In this document: in pieces, positions 11,855 to 24,481 of the stretch
How the letters are laid out: each line of letters begins with the position of its first letter
How positions within the stretch are numbered: the stretch's first letter is position 1
Source: Gracilinanus agilis
Lineage: Eukaryota
NCBI RefSeq assembly: GCF_016433145.1
Contig: NC_058134.1
Span: 218,628,404 to 218,692,403 of the forward strand
Length of the DNA stretch: 64,000 nt
Direction: 5' to 3'
The notes under the pieces: generated by a model
The model's input: only the letters and a program-made list of their open reading frames with translations
Told to the model about the DNA's origin: nothing
The model's database searches: none
Translations under genes and position numbers: made by a program

Positions 11855-14338
11855 CTATGGCTTTATGAAAGTCTGCTTATCCGCTTCTCTTGCCTTCATC
11901 AAGAATGGCCCTGATGCTATGTTGATAAGTCTCATAAAGATTGGATAGGGAGGGGAAAGTAGGCAAATAGGTCGATAGCTATTCATATTCTCTCTCTCAT
12001 ATTCTTTTAGCAAAAAATAAAATCCATAAATATTTTTCCAGGCTGAAGCAACACTAATACATTCTCACTCACTTTTCCTAGAATTGACAATAATCTCTTC
12101 TCCTCTGCCAGAACAGAGCTGGTGATAAGGAGCTCCCTCTTCTTGTGAATGACCATCCCATTGCTGGACAGTTCAAGTTCTTCCCTGTATAGAGCCAAAA
12201 TCTGGCTTCCTGGAACTTCAAGGAAAGACAGCATAGGGTTAGTGGAAAGAACAGTGGGTCTGAATCTAGAAGACTTGCTTCTACTCTTAGCTCTTCTGCT
12301 TAGTGTCAGAGTTATCTGGGCAAGTCAATTCATCTCTGAGATTTTATATATATATATACATATATACATATGTATATATATAATATATAACAAATGAGAT
12401 TAAATACTATATATATACATACATATAGCTTTGCAAAATTTAAAACACTAACTATATGCTAAATATTATTATTAACCACTACACATCAGTTTCCTTATCT
12501 ATAAAATAAAGTGGTAGGACTAGAATGGATTGATCCTTTCCAGCTCTAAATCTATGACTCTGTGATGAAGTTGGAATATTCTTAAGCATGGGAGAGAGGT
12601 CAGACAGATTGAACTAAGAAAGTCAAATAAATAAACTTTTAAAAAATCGTACCTTCTGTCTTAGTATCAATTCTAAGACAGAAGAGTAATAAGGGCTGGG
12701 CAATCAGGATTGAGTGACTTGCCCAGGGTCACAAAGCCAGGAAGTATCTGAGGTCAAATTTGAACCCAGGTCCTCCCAACTCCAAGCCTGGAACTCTATC
12801 CACTATGCTCCCTAGCTGCTTTATCCAATAAGCTTTTATTAAGGGCTTACTTTGGGCCAAGCACTGTGCTTAATGAAGGAAAGGCAAAAGACGGTCCCTG
12901 CCCTCAAGGAGCTCACAATCTAATGAGGGAGACAACATCTAGATGGGAAAAAAAACCAGAGGTGATCACAAGGGGAAGGCACCAGCCTTGAGAAAGACCA
13001 AAAAAGTCTTCTTGCAGATGAGGCTTTAGCTGAGACCCAAAGGAAGCAAAGTACAATTGAAGGTAAGAAGAATGGCTTCTAGCTTGGAGGATGAGGGGAA
13101 ACTGTATGAAGAGACACCTGAACTGAGCCTTGAAACAGGAAAGGAATTTCAGCTTACCCAGGCATGTGTTAGGAAATGAGTGTCAGTAACAGGCATGTAA
13201 TACTCAGAAGTGGGGGAAAAAAACAAGATGATTTTTGAGGAACCTATCTGGAGGAAGTGATGCAAAATAAGACGAGGACCAGATTGTGAAAGGCTTTGAA
13301 TACTAAGTTAGGAATTGAAGCCTTATTCTACATGCTATAGGGAACCATAGAAGGTATTTGATCAAAGGAGTGCCATTATCAGACCTGTGCATTAGGAAAG
13401 AGACCTTGGCATCAGGGTTGGAAGGAAAGACTGGGAAAGGAAGAGATTGAACTTTACCTAATTGACAGGACTTGGAAAGTAATTGGATGTGTGGAGAGAG
13501 GGAGAGAGAAGAGTCAACTAAGAATCAGAGCTTGGGAGCTTGGGGGACAAAGGAAGGGGTGAGGCTCTTATTTCAGAAGGTCAATGAGTTAGGACTTTCT
13601 CTGGTATGCAATGGCAAACCATTAAAGGGTTTTGATGGGAGGAAAGTGAGAAGAAAAAAAGAGTGCATTAGCAACCTTGACCAGTGACAACCATGTTCAA
13701 AACATGTTCCAGATCCCAAAGTAGCAAATTCTATTTAATTGATGATATTCCACATTGGCTATGTCCTAATGATTTCAAGGTCCCTTTATCTCATTAGTAA
13801 ACCTTCTCCAAACAAATCAGCTGAGTTTCTTCTAGAAAGGTTCCCTGCAGACAACTAATCCCAGTCACAGTGTGTAGAGTCTTGTTGACTTCTATCACAG
13901 AGGGTGGCATTTCCATCAATCGATAAGATCGATTGAACAGCTAGGCACTGGATATGAGGGAAGAGGAATCTGGGGAGGGGGAGATGCTGGAGAAGGACAA
14001 GATACAATAACTGTTTCAATATGAACAGAACAATCAGAAAAGGAATAGATCAGAAGGGTGAAGGCTGCAATAATCCCAAAAGCCTTCCTGGAGGATGTGG
14101 TACTTGAATTTGTCCTTGAAGAATGGTTAGAGTTCAGAGCACTAAAGGACACAGGAGTCTCTTGTTCATCACAGGGTTAACAATTCATCCAATCTAATGG
14201 TGGTGTAGCAGGGCTCTGAACCTAAAGGCAGGAAGGACTAGGGTTCAAATTCAGACTCTGATACATCTTAGCAACATGACCCTTCACAAGTCACTTGGCC
14301 TCTCCAAACCTCTGACTCTGTCTGTAAAATGGGTGGCA

Positions 14339-14541
14339 CAGGGCAGCTGGGTAGCTCAGTGGATTGAGAGTCAAGCCAAGAGATGGGAAGTCCTAGGTTC
14401 AAATTCGGCCTCAGACACTTCCCAGCTACGTGACCCTGGACAAGTCACTTGACCCCCATTGCCCACCCCTTACCACTCTTCCACCTAGGAGCCAATACAC
14501 AGAAGTTAAGGGTTTAAAAAAAATTTAAAAATAAAATAAAA
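14339..14541 (+). mobile_element. Young SINE1_Mdo-like SINE with TSD
   Basis: gggcagctgggtagctcagtggattgagag head. TSD taaaatgggtggca (14325-14338) / taaaatgggtgaca (14542-14555). Confidence 0.88.
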
Positions 14542-16324
14542 TAAAATGGGTGACATTTGGAAGTCTGACACACCATCCTCCCCCTTTCATCTTCCTTTTG
14601 TATGTTGTGTATTATCTTCCCTGAATAGATTGTAAATTCCTTGAGAGTGGGAACTGTCTCTCTTATTTGTATCCCCAGCCCTTAGCTCAGTGCCTGTCAC
14701 ATAGTAGGTGTTTAACAAATGTGTATTGTGTTATATTGTATGAATAATGGTACTTGCAATGATAAGTAAGAGCGCTGTTGTCAAGAAAATGGGTTATAAA
14801 CGTTAAAGTTCTATGTGGATATGGGAATTGTTATAAAATAACAAGCAAAATAACTCAAGGCTCTTCCTCTGAGAGGACTTCAGTAGCCTATAAGCAGATG
14901 AGTAGCCTAGAGCCCAGTCTTAGGGCATCTAGGTGGCACAATGGATAAAGCATCAGGCCTAGAGTCAGGAAGACTCACATTCCTGAGTTCAAATCTGGCC
15001 TCAGCCACTTACTAGCTGTGTAGCCTCAGGCAAGTCACTTCACCTTGTTTGCCTCAGTTTCCTGATCTGTAAAACTGAGCTGGAAAAGGAAATGGCAAAC
15101 TACTGCAACATCTTTGCCAGGAAAACCCCAAAAGGGTCAGGAAAAAATCAAACACCAGTAAAAATAACTAAACCACCACGAGAGTCAGTCATACTACAGA
15201 CTCAAATCCTCAACCTACCCCAAAGTCAGTACTTTCATTAATCAATCACTCAGTCAATCAACCATCATATGTTAAGCACCTACTACGCACCAATCATCCT
15301 ATGAAATGCTTCAGCATGCCCTACCAAACAGCTCTGGGATGGAAAGCATCTGAATAGAGAGCGAGCCAACCAAATGAACCCCTTCATTTGCCCCCACTTA
15401 AAAAATTACTTGATTGCCTCCTAGGCCGGCCTCAGTCTGTGTTACACATACGTCCTCCCTGGGAGCTCATTTAGCAGCTCTTTCAGCTTTTCATGAATAT
15501 GGAAGAAATAAACCAACGTCTGGCCCACTGCTAATGATCAGGTTTCCATGAGCAGCTCATTGTGCCACAAAGAAAGGAGGCAGCAGTTGGTGTTGTGGGA
15601 TATTAACGTGGTTTTTACAAAGCTGACGAAACCTCCTTTTAAGCTACTTAATACCTGCGAGCTGAAATTTCCCATCTTGAAATGGTTTGTCCCTGGCAGC
15701 AGCCACAACAGGCTTGCCAAAGAAGCCGTCTTCGGGCTTTCCACATCGGCTCGGTCTGTGCCCAGTTCTAGGAGGATGCTGGGAGAAGGAGGGTCTGGGT
15801 AAAGCCTCAGGGATTTTGTTTTCATTAAGCTTATTGGCAGATGCGTTGGTTGACTTAGAGACCAGCTTGTATCTATTGGCCTACCCTAAGCAGGCGAGCC
15901 AGGAAGCCATTCCTGTGGGCCCCTAAGAATGTCTGACCACCTCTTCCCTAGAGTCAGTGCCAGTGAGAGAGGCCAAGCTGTCTCTTAGAGAAATGGCTGG
16001 CTGGTTAAGACCACTTTTTCACTGTCATTCTCTCCTGGGCCTGTAATTCCAAAGTCATTCTAATACATATTTGGTTAGAGACACCAGCTGCCAGGGTGGT
16101 CACTGGAAGATTTTCTAAATTGTTCTCAATTCCTGAGGCAAGCTCCATGTCAGCAGGAAGAATGGTTCATATGGTATCTAGTGGGAGCCAGACTAGATAA
16201 GAGTTTGGTGCCATGGACTGGGCACTGGTCTTTAGTAACAAAAACCTGAATTTGAGGCCCAATTCCTAACGGTTATGTGTGATCCTTGACAAATTGCCTA
16301 AACTTGCTGGGCCTTAATTTCTAC

Positions 16325-16486
16325 NNNNNNNNNNNNNNNNNNNNNNNNNNNNNNNNNNNNNNNNNNNNNNNNNNNNNNNNNNNNNNNNNNNNNNNNNNNN
16401 NNNNNNNNNNNNNNNNNNNNNNNNNNNNNNNNNNNNNNNNNNNNNNNNNNNNNNNNNNNNNNNNNNNNNNNNNNNNNNNNNNNNNN
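16325..16486. other. Assembly gap (162 N)
   Basis: N run. Confidence 1.
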
Positions 16487-16554
16487 AAGTTGTTAGGAAG
16501 AAAGCATATTAGGTAAACCTTTAAAGTGCTATAAAAATGTGAATTGACCTAGGA

Positions 16555-16944
16555 CAGGGTTCTTCATTTTATGTCCTGGCTCCCTCTGGCTGTCAGACTG
16601 GTGAAGCCTAAAGACCCCTCACAGAATCATGTTTTTCAATGTATGAAACAGAAGCCACAAATTGGGGGGGTGGGGGGGCATTAAACCTTTATGTTTTGTC
16701 TTAGTATCAATTCTAAGACAGAAGAGCATCAATAAGGGCTAGGCAATCAGGGTTAAGTGACCAGGGTCACACAGCTAGGAAGTATTTGAACCCAGTTTTT
16801 CCTAACTCCAGACCTGGTGCTCTATCCACTGTGCCATCTAGCTGCCCCTACAGGTTTATATAAGAAACTCACACTAGTGAAATATAGCTATCAAGATAAA
16901 TTTTTTACACAACAAATTAATGGACCCCAAGTTAAGAATCCTTG
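16555..16944. mobile_element. Ancient hAT-Charlie-like MITE split by a minus-strand SINE (~16680-16850)
   Basis: Ends cagggttcttc / gttaagaatccttg. Related copies at ~42490-42675 and ~63395-63575. Confidence 0.5.
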
Positions 16945-18539
16945 TGACAAAATTGAATAATTCCTTACCCCTCTGTCATCAATCAAGCATTTATTAATTA
17001 ATTACACGTGCCTATATACCAGGCACTCAGCTAGGAGTTGAGAATACAAAAATAAAAGTGAACTGAGAACTTATGATTCCATAAATAATAATGATGATGA
17101 TGATATTTATGTAGTTCCTACTTTGTGCTAGGTACTCTGCTCAGCATTTTACAAATAGTATCTTATTTGATTATCACAACAACCCTGGGAGGTAGGTGAT
17201 ATTATTGTGCCTATTTTACAAATGAGGAAAGTGAGGTAAACAGGCCAAATAACTTGCCCAGAGTCACAGAGCTAGTAAGCTTTTGAAATTGAACTTGGAT
17301 CTTCCTGACTTCAGGCCTAGTACTATCTACTGAGCAACCTATGACTCATAAGAAGCAGCAAAGAATAAAGAAAAGAACATCGATTAAACAGGTTTTTAAA
17401 AACATGTATTTAAAGGAAATGCCACGCTACAGTGGGGGGAAGGAGCTGGATTTGAAATGAGAGGACCAAAGATCAAATTTTGGTTCTGCCACTTATTAGC
17501 AGTCTGACCTTGGGTGAGTCACAACCTCTCTAGGCCTCAGTTTCCTCATCTGTAAAGTAAAGGGATTGGTCTAGATGACCTCAGAAGTCCCCTCTATTTT
17601 TTAATCTATGAAACAATGATCCTAGGAATTGAGTTAAATTAATTGAATTGGAAGGATGGATATGAATCCAAGAGGCAGAGAGAAGGAAGAGACAATATTC
17701 AACAATCAAAGACAGAGAAGTCCAAGAATGAGTAAAAGGAACAAAAATATGGTAGAAGTAGGAAGAAATTAGGAATGTAGTATCTATGGAAATGAGATGT
17801 CAAGTAATAGAAGCTAGAAAATGAGCAAGGTATTCAGGAGGCAGTCAACAGTGTCTAAAATGACCAAGAGGTCAAGGAGAATGAATCCTGAGGACAGACT
17901 TATGATTTAGAGATGAGGATCTCATTAGGGATCCCAGGGAGAGCAGTTTTTATAGGGAAGTAGGGGGTGGAAGCCAGATGGAGGAATTGAAAGAAAACAA
18001 AAAAAGAGAAAAGGGCAATTCTTTCAAGAAGTTGAGCAGTGAGTAGGAGGGAAGATATGAAGACAGTAGCTGAAGAGGGTTGAAAGGGCTAAGGAAAAAA
18101 TGCTTCTTATATGACTGAACAGACCTGAACATTTTTTAGGTAAATAGAAGGAGTCAGTGGTGAAGAGAGATGGAAGGTGAGTGAGCCAGAAAGAATGATT
18201 TAGAGCACAATATCTTGGGGGGAAAAGCAAAGGGAAGAGATCAAACAAAGGAAGGAGAGAGTTGAATAATATTTATAATTGATAAGTTGAGAGAGTTAAA
18301 TAATACTGCGAGGAGTAAAGAGAGGATGATGATGGTGGTGATGAAGATGATGGTGATGACAATAATTATGGTGATGGTGATATAATAGATAGAAAGGTAA
18401 AAGGGGCCTCAGGGACTTATCCAGTCCAATCCCTTCATTTTACAGATGAAGAAGCTGAGGCCCAGGGAGATGAAGTGTCCAAAGTCACGGGATAATAAAT
18501 ATGGAGCTAGAAGAAAGAGTCTTATAGTTCAGTCCAGGA

Positions 18540-18880
18540 TAGGTAATATTCCAAATTCATAGCCCCCAACCTCACTAATAAAAGGAAGGACATACATTTT
18601 TTCAACTCTTTTTCCAAGGCCAACTTTGGTCATTATAATAACACAGCATTGAATCCATCTTATTACATTTTCCATTAACATCCTTGTAATCACTGAATAT
18701 ATTGCTTTTCTGGTTGTTTCCTTCAGTCTTCATCAAGTTATTTAAGTCTTCCTATATTGCTCTGAGTGATTCCTATTGGTCATTCCTTTCCACAGAGAAA
18801 GGTTCCATCATTTTCACGTGTCACAGTGTTCAGCCATTCACCAATCATGGGAAATTCATCTGTTTCCAGTTTTTAGTCCC
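18540..18880 (-). mobile_element. Old L1 3' end fragment
   Basis: Reverse-complement L1 ORF2 end and 3' UTR motifs (ccaactttggtcattataat, ttcagccattcaccaatcatggg, ccagtttttag). Confidence 0.55.
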
Positions 18881-21723
18881 CCGCCCCAGAACATCATCCC
18901 TTACTCCTTCTGCAAACAATTGAGCTTAGCACCAAGTTAATGAGAATATTAGCACCAGTTGTCTTGGGGCACTACTCCTGGTGAATTCCTGCCCAACCTG
19001 CCTATGAAAGGCAACATGATAAGGTAAATAGAGTCCCAGACTTGGACTCAGGAAGGCCCAGGCTCAGATCTTGCCTGAAACACTTTACTAGCTGTGTGAT
19101 CCTGGGCAAGTCTCTTAATGTCTCCGGACATCAGTTTCCTCATCTATAAAATGGAAGAAGTATAAAATCTATACTTCTGAGATTCTCTTCAGCTCCAAAT
19201 ATAACCTCCCTAAATTCAAGACTTATTTAAATTTTTGGAGGGGTCTTCATATCCTAGTACCCGGCAAGTAGGGAGCCAGTCAACAATCTTTATAAACACT
19301 TTCTTGAAGTCAGACCCTGGACTAAGCTATGGAGATAGAAAGGAAAACAAAACCAGGCTCTGTCCTTGCCCTAGAGGAGCTCTGGATCTAATGGGAGTGA
19401 ACTTGCAAACAACTAGGATACAGATGGAATAGACTGCAGGTAATTTCAGAGGGGAAGCCTGAAAGGCCTCTTGTAGAAGGGGCAATCTGAGCTGAGTTCT
19501 AAAGGAGAGAGAGGTAAGGAGGGACAGCATCCCAGGCAGGAGGGACAGCCAGAGTTCGGAGATGGAGCTCAGAGTGTCCTATGCTTGCTAAATGCCTAGC
19601 AAATGAGTGATTAAGCAGCCACTATGTGCCAGGTCCTGTGCCTGGCACTAGGGAGACCAAGACAAAAATGAGACGTCTCTTCCCTCAAGGAATTAGGTGT
19701 TTCTCCTTACAGTCTTTCTGATTCTCCACTCTCTTTCATCCCCCATCCAACCAGTTACTAAGGCCTGTTGATTCTCTCTGGGTAGAATGTCTCCTATCGA
19801 TCTCCTTCCCTCTCTCACATACACTGAACTAAGTCAGGCAAGAAGCCCACTTTTTTTTTTTTAATCAAAGTTCTATTGATGCCTCTTGAATTTTTTTAAC
19901 CCTTTTTTATATGAAAATTTTTATTTAATTAATTTGGAATATTTTTCCATGGTTACATGATTCATGTTCTTTCACTCCCCTCTTCCTACCCCCCTCCTAT
20001 AAACCTTACTTTCTGACTTAGTAACAACTCTAAGACAGAAAGGCAAGAACAAGGCAAACAGGTTAAGTGATTTGCCCAGGGTTACATAGCAAGGCAATAT
20101 CTGAGACCAGATTTGAGTCCAGGACCTTCTGTTTCCAGGCCTGGCTCTCTATCTGCTGTACCACCTAGCTGTCCCTCCTTTTTTTTCTCCTTTTTTGTTT
20201 CAGGGTCTATTTTTTTGTTTTGTTTTTTTACATTTCAGTCTATTTGGGGTACATATATTTCTGAATATCATTGTCATGCAGTCTTTTTTTCAGTTGTTTC
20301 TGACTCTTCGTGATTCCATTGAGGGTTTTCTTGGCAAAGACTGGCTTGCCATTGCCTTCTCCAATTCGTTTTGCAGATGGGAAACTGAGGCAAACATAAT
20401 TAAGTGATTTGCCCAGGGTCACAGCTAGGAAGTATGCAAAGCCAGATACGAACCCAAGAAGTTTTCCAGACCTCTGGCTGGGCACCTCGCTACTGTGCCA
20501 CCTAGCTGCCCGTGTTTCTAAATATGCCTACTCTACAAATTTTCTCATATAACAAGGAAACATCTAACAGCACAGTCAACCATCTGCTTCCATTGTCCCT
20601 CACTTTTCCAAGGTGAGGATTGAGGGAAATTTCTTCATTCTTCTCTGAGAACAACATTGATCATTACAATCTCATGATCTTTTCATCATCATTATTAAAT
20701 ATGTGATAGATATTGTTTTGCCCTCTGACAATAAGTAACAAATCAAGAACAAGGGACTGCCCTTTGGGCAGTCCAAATCAGTGTAGAGGCTGCCATTTGT
20801 CCACTTAAATTAGAAGTGGATCCCCAGGAAGTGAGGAAAGATGCTATCTCTTCAAGTATGTTGGTAACTTCCTGTGGGGGGGTTCAGGCTTTGAACTTGG
20901 GGCTGAAGGATCTCGGCTGAGACCTCAGGCAGCTTCCCCTCTGAATTGTCACGTATGGGTAACTCATCTCCCCTCCCCACTAAGGGAGGTGGGGATGACC
21001 TTATCTCTGGTGGCTAGTTTTAACTATGAATGGGCTTGAGCTAATTCCATTTACACACCTCTTTACTTTTTTTTGTACTCTTGCAATACCCTACTAAGCA
21101 ATCTCTTCCTGCCTTCAGTCTTTCCCCAATCCCATCCAGCCACACTGCTCCAGAATCATGGATCACTATCTATTTGAAAGAAATAAAATCTGAATGCCTA
21201 ATTTCCAAAGTCTTCACAATCTGGGTCTAACCTACAGATTTATCTATTCCTCTTTATACACTCTATCAGATTTGTCAAATTTGGCCTCTCACTTTTTTTT
21301 TAAACCCTTACTTTCAGTCTTAATGATAAATTGAAGACAGAAGGGGGAAGACTAGACAAAGTTAAGTGATTTGCCCAGCTTGGAAATATGTGAGGCCAAA
21401 TTTAAACCCAGGTCCTCCCAAATCCAGAACTAGCGCTCTAGCCACTGTGCCACCTAGCTGTCCCCATATTGGCCACTCCCTATTTCATGAATGTATCCCA
21501 TAACTTTCCTGACTTCAGACCTTCTTTTTGCTCATGTGTTCTCTAGGCCTGAAATGCCTAAATCTGTTGGAGTCCTACCCAGATCAGTTCAGGCCCCAGA
21601 TCCAATGCCCACCCCCTCTAATTTCCTGTGTATCAGGCAAGATTCAAACCCAGGACTCTCTGACTCGAGGCTAACTCTCTATCTACTTCATCATGATGCT
21701 TCTCATGACTTTCATAAAAATGG

Positions 21724-21765
<42 letters not shown>

Positions 21766-23632
21766 TATATAACATATAGTTCAGTCCAGCCCAGTTCATT
21801 ATACATTATATATAACACACATAATTTATTATGTATGTATAATTATATCTAACATATAAATATTTCTATTCTATATGCATTTATATATAAACTAAATATG
21901 TACATTTACATATATTTTTCCAAATTATTTGTGTGCCTTTTTTATCTCCCCTATCAGATTTTAGGCTCCCTTAGAATTTAACACACTATTTTTCACATAG
22001 TAGGATGTGGTATAACATGCCCTTACTTAGCACTCCTAAATTGGTCCCACAAAGCACAACTTTAGATGAAGCAACCTTTTGCAGGGGACAGTTAGTTCCA
22101 TAGTTCATCAAATTATCTAATTTACATATAAGGCAATCAACCCAAAGACATTACAGCAGGATTCAGTTATACTGTAGTAATGCTATTATTTCAGAATGCC
22201 ATTCGTCTAGGCCATGCAGGATACAGCTATAAAATTTTGTTGCCTATTGAATAAACATTCGGTATAATTTCTATGTTAATATGTTTTCTTGATTCTTCAT
22301 TTTTTTTAATCCTTCATGAATGTCGATAGAGTTACTCTCATAAATAGAGGACTGAAATAACTTCGATATCCCACTCCTCAAATCTTGTTAGGGTCCTCTG
22401 ACCATTTGGGTTCCATGACCTCTAGCCAACACATCCAAGAGAAGGAGACAGGGCTCCCATAAAGACTTTGTGATCCCTCCAAATAGAGAACTGATGGTCT
22501 TAGAGTACAGATTGAAGCATATTTTTTCTCTCTTTCTCTTGCTGTTTTTTTCCAGAATATGGCTAATTGGAAATATGTTTTGCCTGACTCTCTTTCTTCT
22601 TGCCTTTTTTTCCAACTCTTACCTTCTGTCTTAGAATTAATACTAAGTCTCAGTTCCAAGGCAGAAGAGTAGTAAAAGTTAAGCAATAAGGATTAAATGA
22701 CTTACCCAGGATCACACAGCTAGGAGGTGTCTGAGGCCAGATTTTTCTTGACTTCTTAAGGAGTTGGGAAGGATATAGGGAAAAGAGAGGATCTAGGACT
22801 GAAATTTTTTTTAATTAAAAAAAATTAAGACTTTATGTTAGAGTCATCATCCAGACCCTTAGATGATTAAGGTGACCAGACTTCAGGCATTTTATAACAC
22901 AGTCCAATACACAGTGCTTGCCCAGGAACACATACAACACAGAAAAACACAAGGCAACAAGGGAATACCATTCGGAAACATCAGACAACTACACTGATCT
23001 TCCAGGAAGAGCTTTCACCTGGTTCTCCTGCTCTTCCTCCTGCCAGCATAATCAGCTCTGCTGCCACCACCATGTAAAGGACAGTTTACAAACCCCCTGC
23101 CCAGGGGTCCTTTCATCCATGGCCTGCAGAGAGTCTCAGAGTGGGAGAAAGACATCAGGGTTTTCCTCCTCCCCCACCACCACCTCACCTCAAGACTACT
23201 AGTAGCTGCTTCCCAGTTGCACAGCGTAGCTGCCCTGCCTCCCTTGCTATTCAGAACGACAGAGAATTCACTGCATCAGCTACAGTGAGTTAACTGGTGC
23301 TTAATTGTCTCTTCAATGACAATCCTCAGATCAGAATAAAAACTCTTCCTGCTAGTTAAGCCACAGAAAACCCTTGGGAGGATATCCTAAGCTTAGAACA
23401 CTTAGACTTGAAGCAAAGGTCTCAGATCATCTCCCCAGCGCCCCAGGTCTGGGGTTGCCCAGTGCCCTCACGGACCAGGTGAAAGGCTAAGGGATTGTTC
23501 TGTGAGGGGAGGGGGCGAGGGGTGATTCGGCCGGAGTTGTTGAGGGGCAACAAAAGCAGAAAGAACCAAGTGGGAGCTGTGGTCCCTGGTGCTCTGGTGG
23601 ACTCATTTGTTCTCTCCTCCCTTGTTTTTCAG

Positions 23633-23716
23633 GGAATTTTAAAGGTCTGTGTAAGCAAATCGATCACTTCCCTGAGGATGCAGATTATGAAGCCGACACA
23701 GCAGAGTATTTCCTCC
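23633..23716 (+). CDS. CACNG2: CACNG2 (stargazin/TARP gamma-2) coding exon 2, first extracellular loop
   Basis: 84 bp phase 1-1 exon, (G)GG AAT TTT AAA GGT... = [28 protein letters not shown](R), matching recalled mammalian CACNG2. Acceptor cttgtttttcAG, donor C|GTAAGT. Too short to appear as its own ORF in the track. Confidence 0.97.
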
Positions 23717-24289
23717 GTAAGTATTGTGATTCTTCCTCTCACTGGTGGGGGTGGCGTGGGTGCTAGCACCAAGTGATCCCTGCAGGAGATCCTCACTTCC
23801 CAAAGTAGAATGAAAGGTTAGATCTTACTTAAAGGCTCTTGGCAAATCTGATGGAACTGACCTTCTGGTATCTGGCAGAGCTAGGAGATTTTGTGTTCAA
23901 ATTTACACTTTGATGTATGACCCAGGGGAAGTCACTTAACTTCAGGGGGTCTCAGTGTCTTCATCTGTAAAATAAGAGAGTTGGACTTGATGGCCTCGGA
24001 AGACCTTACCATCTATGGATTATAGCCTTACCTCTGTGTTAAATTTCTTCTTCTGTAGATAAGGGGATTCTGGTTGATGGATTCAAGCTTTTAAGGTCAG
24101 ATCTCAATACCCTCTCCATGTGACCTTGGACAAGTCACTCAAACTCTCTGAGCATGAGAAATGGGGATCCTAAACCTTGCAATGACTGAATCAGTAAATG
24201 ATTGTGGAGAAAGTGCTTATATAATAATCAAGTTATCAAGATGTGTTTATTAAGCACTTTCCAAGTGCCACAGTCAGTAGGCCAAAACA

Positions 24290-24481
24290 CCTATCTCTCT
24301 CTCTCAATGTATCTATGTATCTATCCATCTAAATATCTATGTATCTATCTATTCATCTGTCTATCTATCTACCTATTTTTCTATCTATCCTCCATCCATC
24401 TACCACTCATATTTATCCATCTATCCAAATATTTATCTATCTATCAGTCTTTCTCTATAGCTATCTATCTATCTATCTATA
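24290..24481. repeat. Degenerate (TCTA)n tetranucleotide repeat
   Basis: Repeated tcta/tcca units. Explains ORF 24202..24570. Confidence 0.85.

Larger units (their letters stand above)
1..23632 (+). other. CACNG2: Distal part of CACNG2 intron 1 (exon 1 not in window)
   Basis: No N-terminal MGLFDRG-type stargazin exon seen upstream of exon 2. Mammalian CACNG2 intron 1 is known to be very long. Confidence 0.85.

Noticed and set aside
14339-14420. tRNA-like A/B box sequences
   Set aside because: These are SINE heads followed by CORE and tail domains with TSDs, not tRNA genes. No rRNA, snRNA or convincing miRNA hairpin was recognised anywhere in the window.
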